DNA of 32,000 bases from Ktedonobacterales bacterium. Its GTDB lineage: Bacteria; Chloroflexota; Ktedonobacteria; Ktedonobacterales; JADMIN01. The stretch is from positions 4,110,001 to 4,142,000 of the forward strand of contig CP126532.1 in assembly GCA_030167145.1 (NCBI GenBank), in the 5' to 3' direction. Both the position numbers and the translations under genes were made by a program. Positions 10,190 through 17,887 of the stretch are shown here, in pieces; the first letter of the stretch is position 1; the number at the start of each line of letters is the position of its first letter. The notes under the pieces were generated by a model. The model was not told the DNA's origin. It saw only the letters and a program-made list of their open reading frames with translations, and did no database searches.

Positions 10190-11122
10190 CTACGATGTGC
10201 CCTCGAAGTGGGTGAACCCAACAAACTCACGGTAGCGCGCGGCGATGTCGTCGGGCGTGAGTGTACGCAGCCGTTCGACGCTGAAGTCTTCGCAGGCGAA
10301 CGACCCCAGGATGTTGCCGTGGATCAGCCCGCGCTTATAGTCCAGCGGCGTAAGCGTGCCAGTGGTCGCGCGTTGCCGCGCCAGATAGCCCAGGAAGCCG
10401 CCCGCGAAGGCATCGCCTGCGCCGGTGGGGTCGCGCACCTCCGCCAGCGGATAGGCGGGCGCGGCGAAGAACGTGCCGTCGCTGCCATAGAGCAGCGCGC
10501 CATACGATCCCTGCTTGACGATCACCATCTGCGGGCCAAGGTCCAGAATGAAGCGCGCGGCGGCGCGCAGGCTGGCCGTATTGGCAATCTGTCGCGCCTC
10601 TTCTTCGGCGATCAGCATCACATCCACGCCGCGCATCACGTCAATCAGGTCATCATGCGCCGTTTCGATCCACAGGTTCATCGTGTCCAGCGCGCAGAGC
10701 GAAGCGCCGCCCGCGCGGGCTTGGCGCAACACGCCATGCTGCAATTGCGGCTGAATGTTGGCGAGGAATGTGACATGCGCCTGCTGGTAATCGTCCGGCA
10801 GGGTCGGCGCGAAGCCCGCGAAGACGCCTAGCTCGGTAAAGAGCGTGTCGCGAGTGTTCATATCCAGATGGTAGCGCCCGCCCCAGCGGAACGTCTGCCC
10901 TTCCACCGTCTGCAAGCCGCGCCGGTCTACGCGCCGCGCCTCAAAGTAGTCGAGATAGGGCTGCGGAAAGTCCGTGCCGATTACCGCCACGAGGTTCACC
11001 GTATCGTAGAGCGAGGCGGCCATCGTAAAGTGTGACGCCGCGCCGCCCAGCACGTTATCCGCTCCGCCAAAGGGAGTCTCGATAGTATCCAGCGCCACCG
11101 AGCCAACAACCGTTATCGCCAC
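10190..11122 (-). CDS. PfkB/ribokinase-family carbohydrate or nucleoside kinase
   Basis: The C-terminal PfkB signature DPTGAGDAFAGGF is present, with an N-terminal VVGSVALDTI...GGAA motif. The GTG start at 11122 has AGGAG 5 nt upstream. It begins 45 nt after the mtnA stop on the same strand. Confidence 0.88.
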   Translation of the reverse strand: MAITVVGSVALDTIETPFGGADNVLGGAASHFTMAASLYDTVNLVAVIGTDFPQPYLDYFEARRVDRRGLQTVEGQTFRWGGRYHLDMNTRDTLFTELGVFAGFAPTLPDDYQQAHVTFLANIQPQLQHGVLRQARAGGASLCALDTMNLWIETAHDDLIDVMRGVDVMLIAEEEARQIANTASLRAAARFILDLGPQMVIVKQGSYGALLYGSDGTFFAAPAYPLAEVRDPTGAGDAFAGGFLGYLARQRATTGTLTPLDYKRGLIHGNILGSFACEDFSVERLRTLTPDDIAARYREFVGFTHFEGTS

Positions 11123-11167
11123 ATGCGCTCCTTATATACCAAACCACACCCCAAAGTTCAGGGCATC

Positions 11168-12403
11168 TCAACTCGCAAAAAGTTTCGCCAGGCTCGCCGT
11201 AAATGGCGGGCGGGCAATGCCCGCCTCAGTGATGATCGCCACCACATAGCGCGCGGGCGTCACGTCGAACGCGGGATTTGCCACGTGTACGCCCACCGGC
11301 GCGAGCGGTGTCCCGCGCACACTGGTCACTTCATCCGTCGCGCGCTGCTCGATGGGAATGCGCTCGCCGTCCGGCAGCGACAGGTCTATCGTCGAACGCG
11401 GCGCGACCACGTAAAGCGGCACGTCATGCTCATGCGCCAGCACCGCGACACCATACGTGCCGATTTTGTTGGCGACATCCCCATTGGCGGCGATGCGGTC
11501 CGCGCCCACGAACACCGCGCGGATGTTGGCCCGGCGCAGGAAGTGCGCGGCCATGCTGTCGGTAATCAGCGTCAGCGGTACACCCGCGCGCTGAAGTTCC
11601 CAGGCCGTCAGGCGCGCGCCTTGCAGCAGCGGGCGCGTCTCGTCCACGAAGACGTGTACCTGCTTGCCGCTCTGGTGCGCGACGAAGATCGGCGCGAGCG
11701 CAGTGCCGATACCGCCAGTGGCCAGCGCGCCCGCGTTGCAATGCGTCAGCAGCGTATCGCCGTCGGAGATCAGTGTCGCCCCCAGTTCGCCCATTGCACG
11801 GCAGGCGGCGGCGTCTTCCGCTGCGATGGCGTGCGCTTCGCCCAGTAGCTGCGCGGGCAGACCGGCGACGTCGTTTCCTGCGCCGAGATGACGGACGGCA
11901 ACGGCCAGCAGGCGATCCAGCGCCCAGGACAGATTGACGGCGGTGGGGCGCGTCGCGCGCAACAGCGCGGCAATCTCGCTCAGTCGCACCATCACAGCCT
12001 CCGCGTTGATCGCGGTAATCTCGTCCCGGCGCGCCAGCATAGCCTCCGCGTCGCTCTCGACACTGGCGGGCAGCGTATCACGCGCGCCCAGCGCCAGCCC
12101 ATACGCGGCGGCGACGCCAATCGCAGGCGCGCCACGCACCCGCAGCACGCGAATCGCTTCGGCGACGGTCGCGGCGTCGGTGCAGGTGATCACCTCGCAG
12201 CGGTCGGGTAGTAGCGTCTGATCGAGCAGGCGCAGCACAGCGGCGGAACGATCCCACCACAGCGCGCGGGGCACGCCCTCGCGTGTGAATGGCGCGTTGT
12301 CATCGGCTGTATCAGGCGTTTGCGCCGGTTTCGCAGTGTGCTGTGTCACAAGTGTTTCTCGGTATTGAGACTGGCTTGAGAACGTGGAGCGACATGCGGC
12401 CAC
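11168..12403 (-). CDS. mtnA: Methylthioribose-1-phosphate isomerase (eIF-2B alpha/beta/delta-like family)
   Basis: Diagnostic motifs are LLDQTLLP, VRGAPAIGVAAAYG, THCNAGALAT, VDETRPLLQGARLTAWEL and GADRIAANGDVANKIGTY. The start is tentative. GTG 12403 follows a GGAGAGGAG SD, but an internal GTG (codon 19) is also possible. Confidence 0.9.
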   Translation of the reverse strand: MAACRSTFSSQSQYRETLVTQHTAKPAQTPDTADDNAPFTREGVPRALWWDRSAAVLRLLDQTLLPDRCEVITCTDAATVAEAIRVLRVRGAPAIGVAAAYGLALGARDTLPASVESDAEAMLARRDEITAINAEAVMVRLSEIAALLRATRPTAVNLSWALDRLLAVAVRHLGAGNDVAGLPAQLLGEAHAIAAEDAAACRAMGELGATLISDGDTLLTHCNAGALATGGIGTALAPIFVAHQSGKQVHVFVDETRPLLQGARLTAWELQRAGVPLTLITDSMAAHFLRRANIRAVFVGADRIAANGDVANKIGTYGVAVLAHEHDVPLYVVAPRSTIDLSLPDGERIPIEQRATDEVTSVRGTPLAPVGVHVANPAFDVTPARYVVAIITEAGIARPPFTASLAKLFAS

Positions 12404-12433
12404 AAAAAAAGCTCCTCTCCGGGGGAGAGAAGC
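12404..12433 (-). terminator. Riboswitch expression-platform terminator
   Basis: The minus-strand RNA is GCUUCUCUCC-CCC-GGAGAGGAGC followed by U7. It has one G-U pair, which would be a C-A mismatch on the plus strand, supporting minus-strand function. The 5' arm can alternatively pair with GAGAGA of the aptamer P1 3' side, forming an anti-terminator. Confidence 0.85.
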
Positions 12434-12475
12434 CGCAGCGTGCTACAACGCGCCACAAAGGCAAGTTGGGATGCT

Positions 12476-12592
12476 GCTCATCTCTCAGCGCGCTCGCGCA
12501 CGCTGCCGGAGTTAGCACCACGCCAGACGCCGTAGAACGTCTGCGGGTTGCCGGGCTTCGTTGGGCCGTTCCCTCCACCCGTCTGGATGAGC
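12476..12592 (-). promoter_or_regulatory. SAM-I (S-box) riboswitch aptamer
   Basis: The minus strand reads GCUCAUCCAGACGGGUGGAGGGAACGGCCCAACGAAGCCCGGCAACC...GGUGCUAACUCCGGCAG...GAGAGAUGAGC. This matches the S-box core almost position for position (CUUAUCaAGAGaGGuGGAGGGAcuGGCCCgAUGAAaCCCgGCAACC / GGUGCUAAuUCCaGCAG / GAGAGAUAAG). P1 is GCUCAUC/GAUGAGC. P3 (CAGACG/CGUCUG) and P4 (CAGCG/CGCUG) helices are present. Confidence 0.93.
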
Positions 12593-12620
12593 CGGATCGC
12601 AGTGCGACCCGTCGCAGGGA

Positions 12621-12650
12621 ATTGTACCGCATCCGTCAAGAAAATGTCTT
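12621..12650 (-). promoter_or_regulatory. Candidate sigma-70-type promoter for the riboswitch-mtnA transcript
   Basis: The minus strand reads AAGACA - 18 nt - TACAAT. The -10 element lies about 29 nt upstream of the aptamer P1. Confidence 0.4.
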
Positions 12651-12852
12651 GGGTATGTGCCTGCACGGAGCAATTATCGTGGAATCTCACATTGTTTTGA
12701 AGATGCCTCCGACACGTTTGCACAAGCAATGGGTACGAGGCAGGGATGGAGGTACTGCTCTGTCGCCAGGTAGGTAGGCGATTTGCGATAATGTGTCCAA
12801 TTGGTTGATGGCGTTGCAACGTAGGCGCCTGATGCTGAAAGGGAGTGCGCTC

Positions 12853-13119
12853 ATGAATACCTCAGGGCCAGATCAGCCGGGATGGAACCTCGAACGAATC
12901 TACGAAGAGTACAAAACCCCCATTACCAACTACATTTACCATTTAGTCTTCAGCCGCGAGGTAGCCGAAGATCTGGCGCAAGACACCTTTCTCAAAGCCT
13001 TCAAGGCCTTGCCCAGGATGAACGAGAGCCTGAAGCTTTCGGCCTGGTTGTACCGGATCGCGATGCATACCGCCTATGACTGGCTGCGCCAGCAATGGCT
13101 CAGTAAGTTTAAGTCATGA
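12853..13119 (+). CDS. Truncated ECF sigma paralogue (sigma-2 domain only, 88 aa); possibly a pseudogene
   Basis: The ATG at 12853 has AAGGGAG upstream. The product MNTSGPDQPGWNLERIYEEYKTPITNYIYHLVFSREVAEDLAQDTFLKAFKALPRMNESLKLSAWLYRIAMHTAYDWLRQQWLSKFKS covers regions 2.1-2.4 and then stops. There is no sigma-4 region. Confidence 0.6.
   Translation: MNTSGPDQPGWNLERIYEEYKTPITNYIYHLVFSREVAEDLAQDTFLKAFKALPRMNESLKLSAWLYRIAMHTAYDWLRQQWLSKFKS
12898..13088 (+). repeat. Direct repeat copy A (191 bp) of the ECF sigma 5' region
   Basis: By my own alignment it matches 13521-13711 with 6 mismatches. The first ~126 nt are identical. Five mismatches cluster in the codons for PRMNES versus PNMDKS. Confidence 0.95.
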
Positions 13120-13199
13120 CAAAAACTCGGCTTTGGCATACGCTGGCGGAGGCACACACTACCGGAAAGCAACGGAGGTAGGACGAATGGTGCAACTTC

Positions 13200-13229
13200 T
13201 TGGTAACACTCGCAGTGGTCTGCTAAAAT
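13200..13229 (+). promoter_or_regulatory. Candidate promoter for the full-length ECF sigma gene
   Basis: TTGGTA - 18 nt - TAAAAT. The call rests on the sequence pattern only. Confidence 0.3.
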
Positions 13230-13379
13230 GGCCGCATTCGGGGTGATTGGGAAAGGCAGCCTGGCAGGCTTATGTTACCGCCGTCTCAGGAGTCCGTTCC
13301 ACCTACAGGGGGGACTGACGACGTCCCAAACCGTCAGACACAGGACCGGGACCGGCGCGAAAGTGCCGGAGGAACCAGC

Positions 13380-14015
13380 ATGGCAACCGGAACTGTGGTG
13401 GCGGTGGGCGCGGATTCTGAGCAGGCTGCCAAAGTACAGTCTGAGTCAGTAAAGGAATGCGCGCCGGTGGATGAATCTCAGTCGGCGAAGCAGCAAAAGC
13501 ACCAGTGGGTCTTTGAGCAGATCTACGAAGAGTACAAAACCCCCATTACCAACTACATTTACCATTTAGTCTTCAGCCGCGAGGTAGCCGAAGATCTGGC
13601 GCAAGACACCTTTCTCAAAGCCTTCAAGGCCTTGCCCAATATGGACAAGAGTCTGAAGCTTTCGGCTTGGTTGTACCGGATCGCGATGCATACCGCCTAT
13701 GACTGGCTGCGTCGGAAGAAACTGATTACCTTCCACTCGTGGCAAGAACTCGATTTCGAGCCTGCTGGTACAGAGATCGCCGACCCACAAGAGATTGTGG
13801 GTGACAGAGAGTTGGTCTATGAGGCGTTGCGCCGTATGCCAAAACAATACCGGACGGCGCTGTTGTTGTATCAGCAAGATGGTTTCTCGTATGCCGATAT
13901 CGCCAAGACTCTGCATATCGCGGAGAGCGGTGTGAAAATGTACCTGTCCCGTGCGCGGCAATCGTTCCGTCAACATTACCAGGCGCTGGAACAGGGGGGA
14001 GGCAATGACCAATGA
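13380..14015 (+). CDS. ECF-type RNA polymerase sigma-70 family factor
   Basis: Region 2 (DLAQDTFLKAF...WLYRIAMHTAYDWLRR) and the region 4 HTH (GFSYADIAKTLHIAESGVKMYLSRARQ) are both present. I prefer the ATG at 13380, which has GGAGGA 6 nt upstream. The track start at 13272 adds 36 low-complexity codons. Confidence 0.9.
   Translation: MATGTVVAVGADSEQAAKVQSESVKECAPVDESQSAKQQKHQWVFEQIYEEYKTPITNYIYHLVFSREVAEDLAQDTFLKAFKALPNMDKSLKLSAWLYRIAMHTAYDWLRRKKLITFHSWQELDFEPAGTEIADPQEIVGDRELVYEALRRMPKQYRTALLLYQQDGFSYADIAKTLHIAESGVKMYLSRARQSFRQHYQALEQGGGNDQ
13521..13711 (+). repeat. Direct repeat copy B (191 bp), inside the full-length ECF sigma gene
   Basis: See copy A. The two copies are offset by 623 bp. 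Confidence 0.95.
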
Positions 14016-15664
14016 AATGCGAGATGGCCGAGGTAAACCTCAGCGCCTATCTCGACGGTATGCTCGAACCGCAACTCCGTGAGGACGTAGCGTCGCACTT
14101 GGCAACCTGCGCCGCTTGTAGCGAGATCCTGGCCGACTATCGTCGTTACAATCAACTCATCACCGACCTGCCGCGCATCTCACCATCTGAGTCGCTGCGC
14201 GCACGCATCTTCGAGTCGCCTGAATACCTCGAATTGCTCCGCGATCTCGAACGCAAAGATGCGCGTGCGGCTGCACGTGCAGCCGGGCACTCGCATGGCA
14301 CTTCGCCGGGCTGGGCGCGTGTCGCGCTGCAAGTCGCCGCTGTGTTCGCGCTGATTGTCGGCTCTGCCCTGCTCATCAAGCAGGGCTTTTTCTCACATGG
14401 TTCGTCGACTGTAGCTATTGGCACCCAGACATATGGCAATCCACCACCATCGGGTGTGCCGCTTGCGGCCGGCTTACGTCTGGTCTATGCACACGATGGC
14501 GCGATCTGGAGCGCACCTGAGCATGGCGTTGGCGCTGCCCAGCGGCTCACCTCAACCGGCGTTTCCGTGGGCGTGTGGAGCGTCGCGCCGGATGGCAAGC
14601 ATATCGCTTATGTTGATCTGCGAACCCATACACTGCATATCGTCCGCAGCGATGGGCAGAGCGACCGCAGTATCGCCACACTTCCCGCCGATGCGGCGTC
14701 GAGCGCGCTCACGATGATGGCATGGGCGCCGAATAGTCAGCAGCTTGCCTATGTGACGCGGATTGCAGGTGGCGCTGTGCTGCATGTCGTGAACATGAAT
14801 GGCTCGAACGGGCAGCAGGTGATCCACCAGGGTGGAGACATTTCGTTGCTGACCTGGAGCCAGAATAGCCAGCGCCTCGCGTATGTGTTGCACGGGGCTA
14901 CGTCTGCCATCCAGACCTATGATCTGGCAAGTGGGCGCGATCAGCAGGTCGCCGCGCAGGCCGACCCGAACGCGATAGCCGCGAAGGTGAGTATACTGGC
15001 GTGGCTTGCTGATGCGCAGAATCCGACCTTGACCTGGGCTACCACCGCGACAACTAGCGGTGTGGATAGCGTGTTCAGCATGGCGCTGGGGAGCGCAAGC
15101 GCGCAACGGCTGACGCAGGCGGGCACGCGGTTCGCCAGTGCGGCGTTCTCTGCCGCGCGGGGCGGGGGCACGTGGCTCGTCGCGACGAATGGCAAGACCT
15201 CCTCACTGTTCACCATCTCGGCGCAGACGGGCGCGACCCAGCAGACGCAGCGTGCAGGCGCACCGGTGAACTGGGTAAGCTGGTCGCAGGATGGCGCTTT
15301 CGCGGCCTACACCACCAGCGACGGCCAGTTGAGCTTGTGGACGCCAGGAAATCCACCCGTGGATGTGTTGAGCGGCGTGCAGGCGAATCCGCCGGTATGG
15401 TCGCCAGATGGCACGCGGCTGGCGGCGCAGACGGGCGATGGGCTGGTGCTGATGAAGCTGCAAGGCGGTGGCCAGCCGAGCACGGTTACACGGCTGCCGC
15501 AGACGGCGAGCCTCGTGGCTGTGGCCTGGGCGCCCGATGACGCGGCGCTGGCGATCAGCACTAGCTCTGGCGTCTTAATCTACTCGCCCGATGGCGCACG
15601 CGCGCAAATCGTTGACGCACAGGGCGCGCAAGGCGCACTGCTCAATTGGTCACTTGCCGGATAG
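14012..15664 (+). CDS. Anti-sigma factor: zf-HC2 domain, one TM, extracytoplasmic TolB-like PD40 beta-propeller
   Basis: An ATGA start/stop overlap with the sigma gene indicates translational coupling. HLATCAACSEIL is the zf-HC2 motif. WARVALQVAAVFALIVGSALLI is the TM segment. Repeated blades follow: WSVAPDGKHIAYV, WAPNSQQLAYV, WSQNSQRLAYV, WSQDGAFAAYT, WSPDGTRLAAQ and WAPDDAALAIS. Confidence 0.88.
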   Translation: MKCEMAEVNLSAYLDGMLEPQLREDVASHLATCAACSEILADYRRYNQLITDLPRISPSESLRARIFESPEYLELLRDLERKDARAAARAAGHSHGTSPGWARVALQVAAVFALIVGSALLIKQGFFSHGSSTVAIGTQTYGNPPPSGVPLAAGLRLVYAHDGAIWSAPEHGVGAAQRLTSTGVSVGVWSVAPDGKHIAYVDLRTHTLHIVRSDGQSDRSIATLPADAASSALTMMAWAPNSQQLAYVTRIAGGAVLHVVNMNGSNGQQVIHQGGDISLLTWSQNSQRLAYVLHGATSAIQTYDLASGRDQQVAAQADPNAIAAKVSILAWLADAQNPTLTWATTATTSGVDSVFSMALGSASAQRLTQAGTRFASAAFSAARGGGTWLVATNGKTSSLFTISAQTGATQQTQRAGAPVNWVSWSQDGAFAAYTTSDGQLSLWTPGNPPVDVLSGVQANPPVWSPDGTRLAAQTGDGLVLMKLQGGGQPSTVTRLPQTASLVAVAWAPDDAALAISTSSGVLIYSPDGARAQIVDAQGAQGALLNWSLAG

Positions 15665-15694
15665 TCAATGTCTGAACTATCTCGCGCATTCTTC

Positions 15695-15735
15695 GCGCCT
15701 ACCCCTAACGAAACGGAGGTAGGCGCGTTGTTTTA
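15695..15735 (+). terminator. Intrinsic terminator after the anti-sigma gene
   Basis: GCGCCTACC - 14 nt - GGTAGGCGC followed by GTTGTTTTA. It lies 31 nt after the stop. Confidence 0.75.
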
Positions 15736-15870
15736 TACGAGTTGGTTGGGCCTGGACTCCTCCACCCAAATGAGGATGCACTCCCTGCGGTCCCAAAGCT
15801 CACAGTCGTTGTCCCCATGGCGGCTGTGGCGCTCGATCAACTTTATTGCCCTTGGTTTCGGCCAGGGCAG

Positions 15871-15911
15871 AAGGAAGAGCGTGCTGGCATCCCGCTCTTC
15901 CTTTTCTTTTT
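15871..15911 (+). terminator. Second plus-oriented intrinsic terminator
   Basis: AAGGAAGAGCG - 11 nt - CGCTCTTCCTT followed by TTTCTTTTTG. A U-tract is present only in the plus orientation. It lies 59 nt from the P450 stop on the opposite strand. Confidence 0.6.
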
Positions 15912-15969
15912 GCCTCGTGTCCGGCGTCCCTTCCGCTCGCCAGCGCCAGCACGCGGGGGCCAGAGGGCA

Positions 15970-17310
15970 TTACCGTGGCGTGACGCGCATCGGCATGCCA
16001 CCAGGGATGACGGTGGTGATGAAGCCGAACTCCATTGGCGGCTCCGCGCTGACCGGCGCGAGCTGGTAGCGCCGCAGCACATCCACCGCTATCGCCTTCA
16101 CCTCGATATTCGCGAAGTTCACGCCGATACAGAGGCGCGGCCCACCGCCGAACGTAACCAGCGCGTAGGGCGTCTTGCGGTCTTCTTCACGCGGCGCGCT
16201 GAAGCGGTCTGGGTCGAAGCGCTCTGGCTCGGCGAAGTACTGCGGCATGCGGTGACAGGCGGCAAGCGCCAGGCGCGCCGGGGTACCAGCGGGCAATGTA
16301 TAACCAGCAAATTCGACCTCAGCCACAACCCCACGCGGCACATTCTGCACCGGCGCATGGAGCCGCCCCGTCTCGCGAATGAATAGATCCAGCGCGTGCA
16401 ACTGCCGCGCCGCCTCCACCGAGAGGGGCGCATGCCCGCCAGCCAGCAGCCCCGCTAACTCATCTTCCACTCGCTGGCGCTGCTCAGGGAGTGCGGTCAG
16501 CAGATAGAGGGTCCACGCCGCCAGGGTCGTCGTCGTCTCGTGCCCGGCGATCAGCAGCACATTCAGATGCCCCAGCACCTCCGTGTCTGTCAGCCCTTGC
16601 CCCTGCTCGTCGCGCGCATGCACGATCATGCCAAGCACATCGCGCGCCTGCTCTGCTGGCGTGGCGCGGCGTTCGGCGATGAGCCGCAGCAGCATGGCGT
16701 CTAGCTCGTCTCGCGCCGCCAGCGCTTCACGCTCGTAGGCGTCGTAGTCCGCCTGGCTCGCCATGAAGGGGCCGAAGCGCGGGATAAGCGCAAAGAACAG
16801 CTTTTGCAAGCGATCCACCTCCGCTGGCTGTTCGATGCCGGCGAGCGCCGTCGCTGCGACATGGAAGGTAATTTCGCGTGCTTCCTGATAGATGTCCACC
16901 ACGCCGCGTGCGCCCCAGGTGCTGGTATGCTGGGCGACAACCTCTTGTATCAGCGGCAGATAGCGCTCCATGTACGCCGTGGTGAAAGCGGGATTCCACA
17001 TCTTGCGACTGCGCAGCCACTCGCCATTGTCTTGATTGAGCAGCCCCTTGCCCAGGATGTCACCGATGATTGGCGTCCAGCCCAGGTCATGGCTGAAAGC
17101 TTCGCGCTGCGTGTGAAATACCAGCTTGTTCGCCTCCGGCCCGCCCAGAAAGATGATCTCGCTCCCCATCTGGGGTCCACCCAGCACTGGCCAGCGCATC
17201 AGCGGCCCGACACGCTCGAACTCATGCGCCAAACGGCTTGGCATGTCGCCAGACATGAAATCTACCGCAGACAACTGCGTGATCGGCGCTTCGCTTAGAG
17301 GTTTGCCCAT
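15970..17310 (-). CDS. Cytochrome P450 monooxygenase
   Basis: The I-helix AGHETT, the ExxR motif (ETGR) and the heme loop FGGGPRLCIGVNFA are present. The start is set at ATG 17310 (MGKPLSEAP) with AAGGA 8 nt upstream. Confidence 0.93.
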   Translation of the reverse strand: MGKPLSEAPITQLSAVDFMSGDMPSRLAHEFERVGPLMRWPVLGGPQMGSEIIFLGGPEANKLVFHTQREAFSHDLGWTPIIGDILGKGLLNQDNGEWLRSRKMWNPAFTTAYMERYLPLIQEVVAQHTSTWGARGVVDIYQEAREITFHVAATALAGIEQPAEVDRLQKLFFALIPRFGPFMASQADYDAYEREALAARDELDAMLLRLIAERRATPAEQARDVLGMIVHARDEQGQGLTDTEVLGHLNVLLIAGHETTTTLAAWTLYLLTALPEQRQRVEDELAGLLAGGHAPLSVEAARQLHALDLFIRETGRLHAPVQNVPRGVVAEVEFAGYTLPAGTPARLALAACHRMPQYFAEPERFDPDRFSAPREEDRKTPYALVTFGGGPRLCIGVNFANIEVKAIAVDVLRRYQLAPVSAEPPMEFGFITTVIPGGMPMRVTPR

Positions 17311-17480
17311 TCGTGTATTCCTTGCTCTTCTATCACTCAATGCAGAGGCCGCGACGTGTGCAGCCGTGGCCGCGCGTCACCTCCTCGCGGATATCGCACT
17401 GGCGGGACACGTCGCAAACATCGCGCCCACGCCATAGACCTGTACGCAGAATGGGCGATAGCGTTGCGGCGCGGCGCACT

Positions 17481-17519
17481 AGCGACAGGTCGCCGTACAG
17501 AACGCAGGGACCTGTCGCT
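17481..17519. promoter_or_regulatory. Perfect 11-bp inverted repeat upstream of the P450 gene
   Basis: AGCGACAGGTC - 17 nt - GACCTGTCGCT. It lies about 170-210 nt upstream of the P450 start. No U-tract follows in either orientation. Confidence 0.5.
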
Positions 17520-17621
17520 GCTCAATTAGTGGCGCCGCACCAACACTTGCGATGGCTCCACAATCACCAACGCATTTTGCAGAGATTGGCCTGCTAGACT
17601 CTGCAGTGCTGCCAGGATACC

Positions 17622-17858
17622 CTACATCCTATCCTCTCGTGGCCAGTTTTGTGGCAACTCGACTAGCATCACGCCAGAGTGCGGGGGTGGAAACTGGCCA
17701 GTATCACGTTCTAGGTCGTGGTCCTGAGTAATGAGCGTGGTATCGGCTGTTCGCGCATAGGCGAAGACATCAGCGTCGTGACGTGTCCGTAACCCAACGT
17801 CATAGGCATGTTCCGCTTCGTAGACTTCTCTGCGGAGGTAGTTGGTGAGCCTTCTCAT
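17622..17858 (-). CDS. DUF5615-like (PIN-like) protein, apparently N- and C-terminally shortened
   Basis: From memory of the family, it resembles the central part of DUF5615 proteins (..HAYDVGL...DADVFAYA....LITQDHDL......PHSGVMLVEL). It lies 29 nt downstream of a DUF433 gene, the usual partner. An in-frame TAG sits immediately upstream of its ATG. Confidence 0.6.
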   Translation of the reverse strand: MRRLTNYLRREVYEAEHAYDVGLRTRHDADVFAYARTADTTLITQDHDLERDTGQFPPPHSGVMLVELPQNWPREDRM

Positions 17859-17887
17859 CTACCAGGAAGCGCCAGCGAGGCACATTG

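Noticed and set aside
12898-13711. The two sigma repeats as a diversity-generating retroelement TR/VR pair.
   Set aside because: The six mismatches do not correspond to adenines in either copy (the bases are g,g,a,g,c,c versus a,t,g,a,t,t). No reverse transcriptase gene is nearby.
15705-15818. A 37-codon minus-strand ORF (MGTTTVSFGTAGSASSFGWRSPGPTNSYKTTRLPPFR) downstream of the P450, considered as a RiPP precursor.
   Set aside because: It has no SD. It lies beyond a strong hairpin and reads through the anti-sigma terminator stem. There is no leader/core logic or accompanying maturation genes.
17311-17420. A biarylitide-type mini-ORF (MxYxH-like) immediately upstream of the P450.
   Set aside because: I scanned the minus strand upstream of ATG 17310. 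The GAGGAGG at ~17376-17382 is not followed by a start codon at suitable spacing, and no 5-6-codon aromatic-rich ORF is present.
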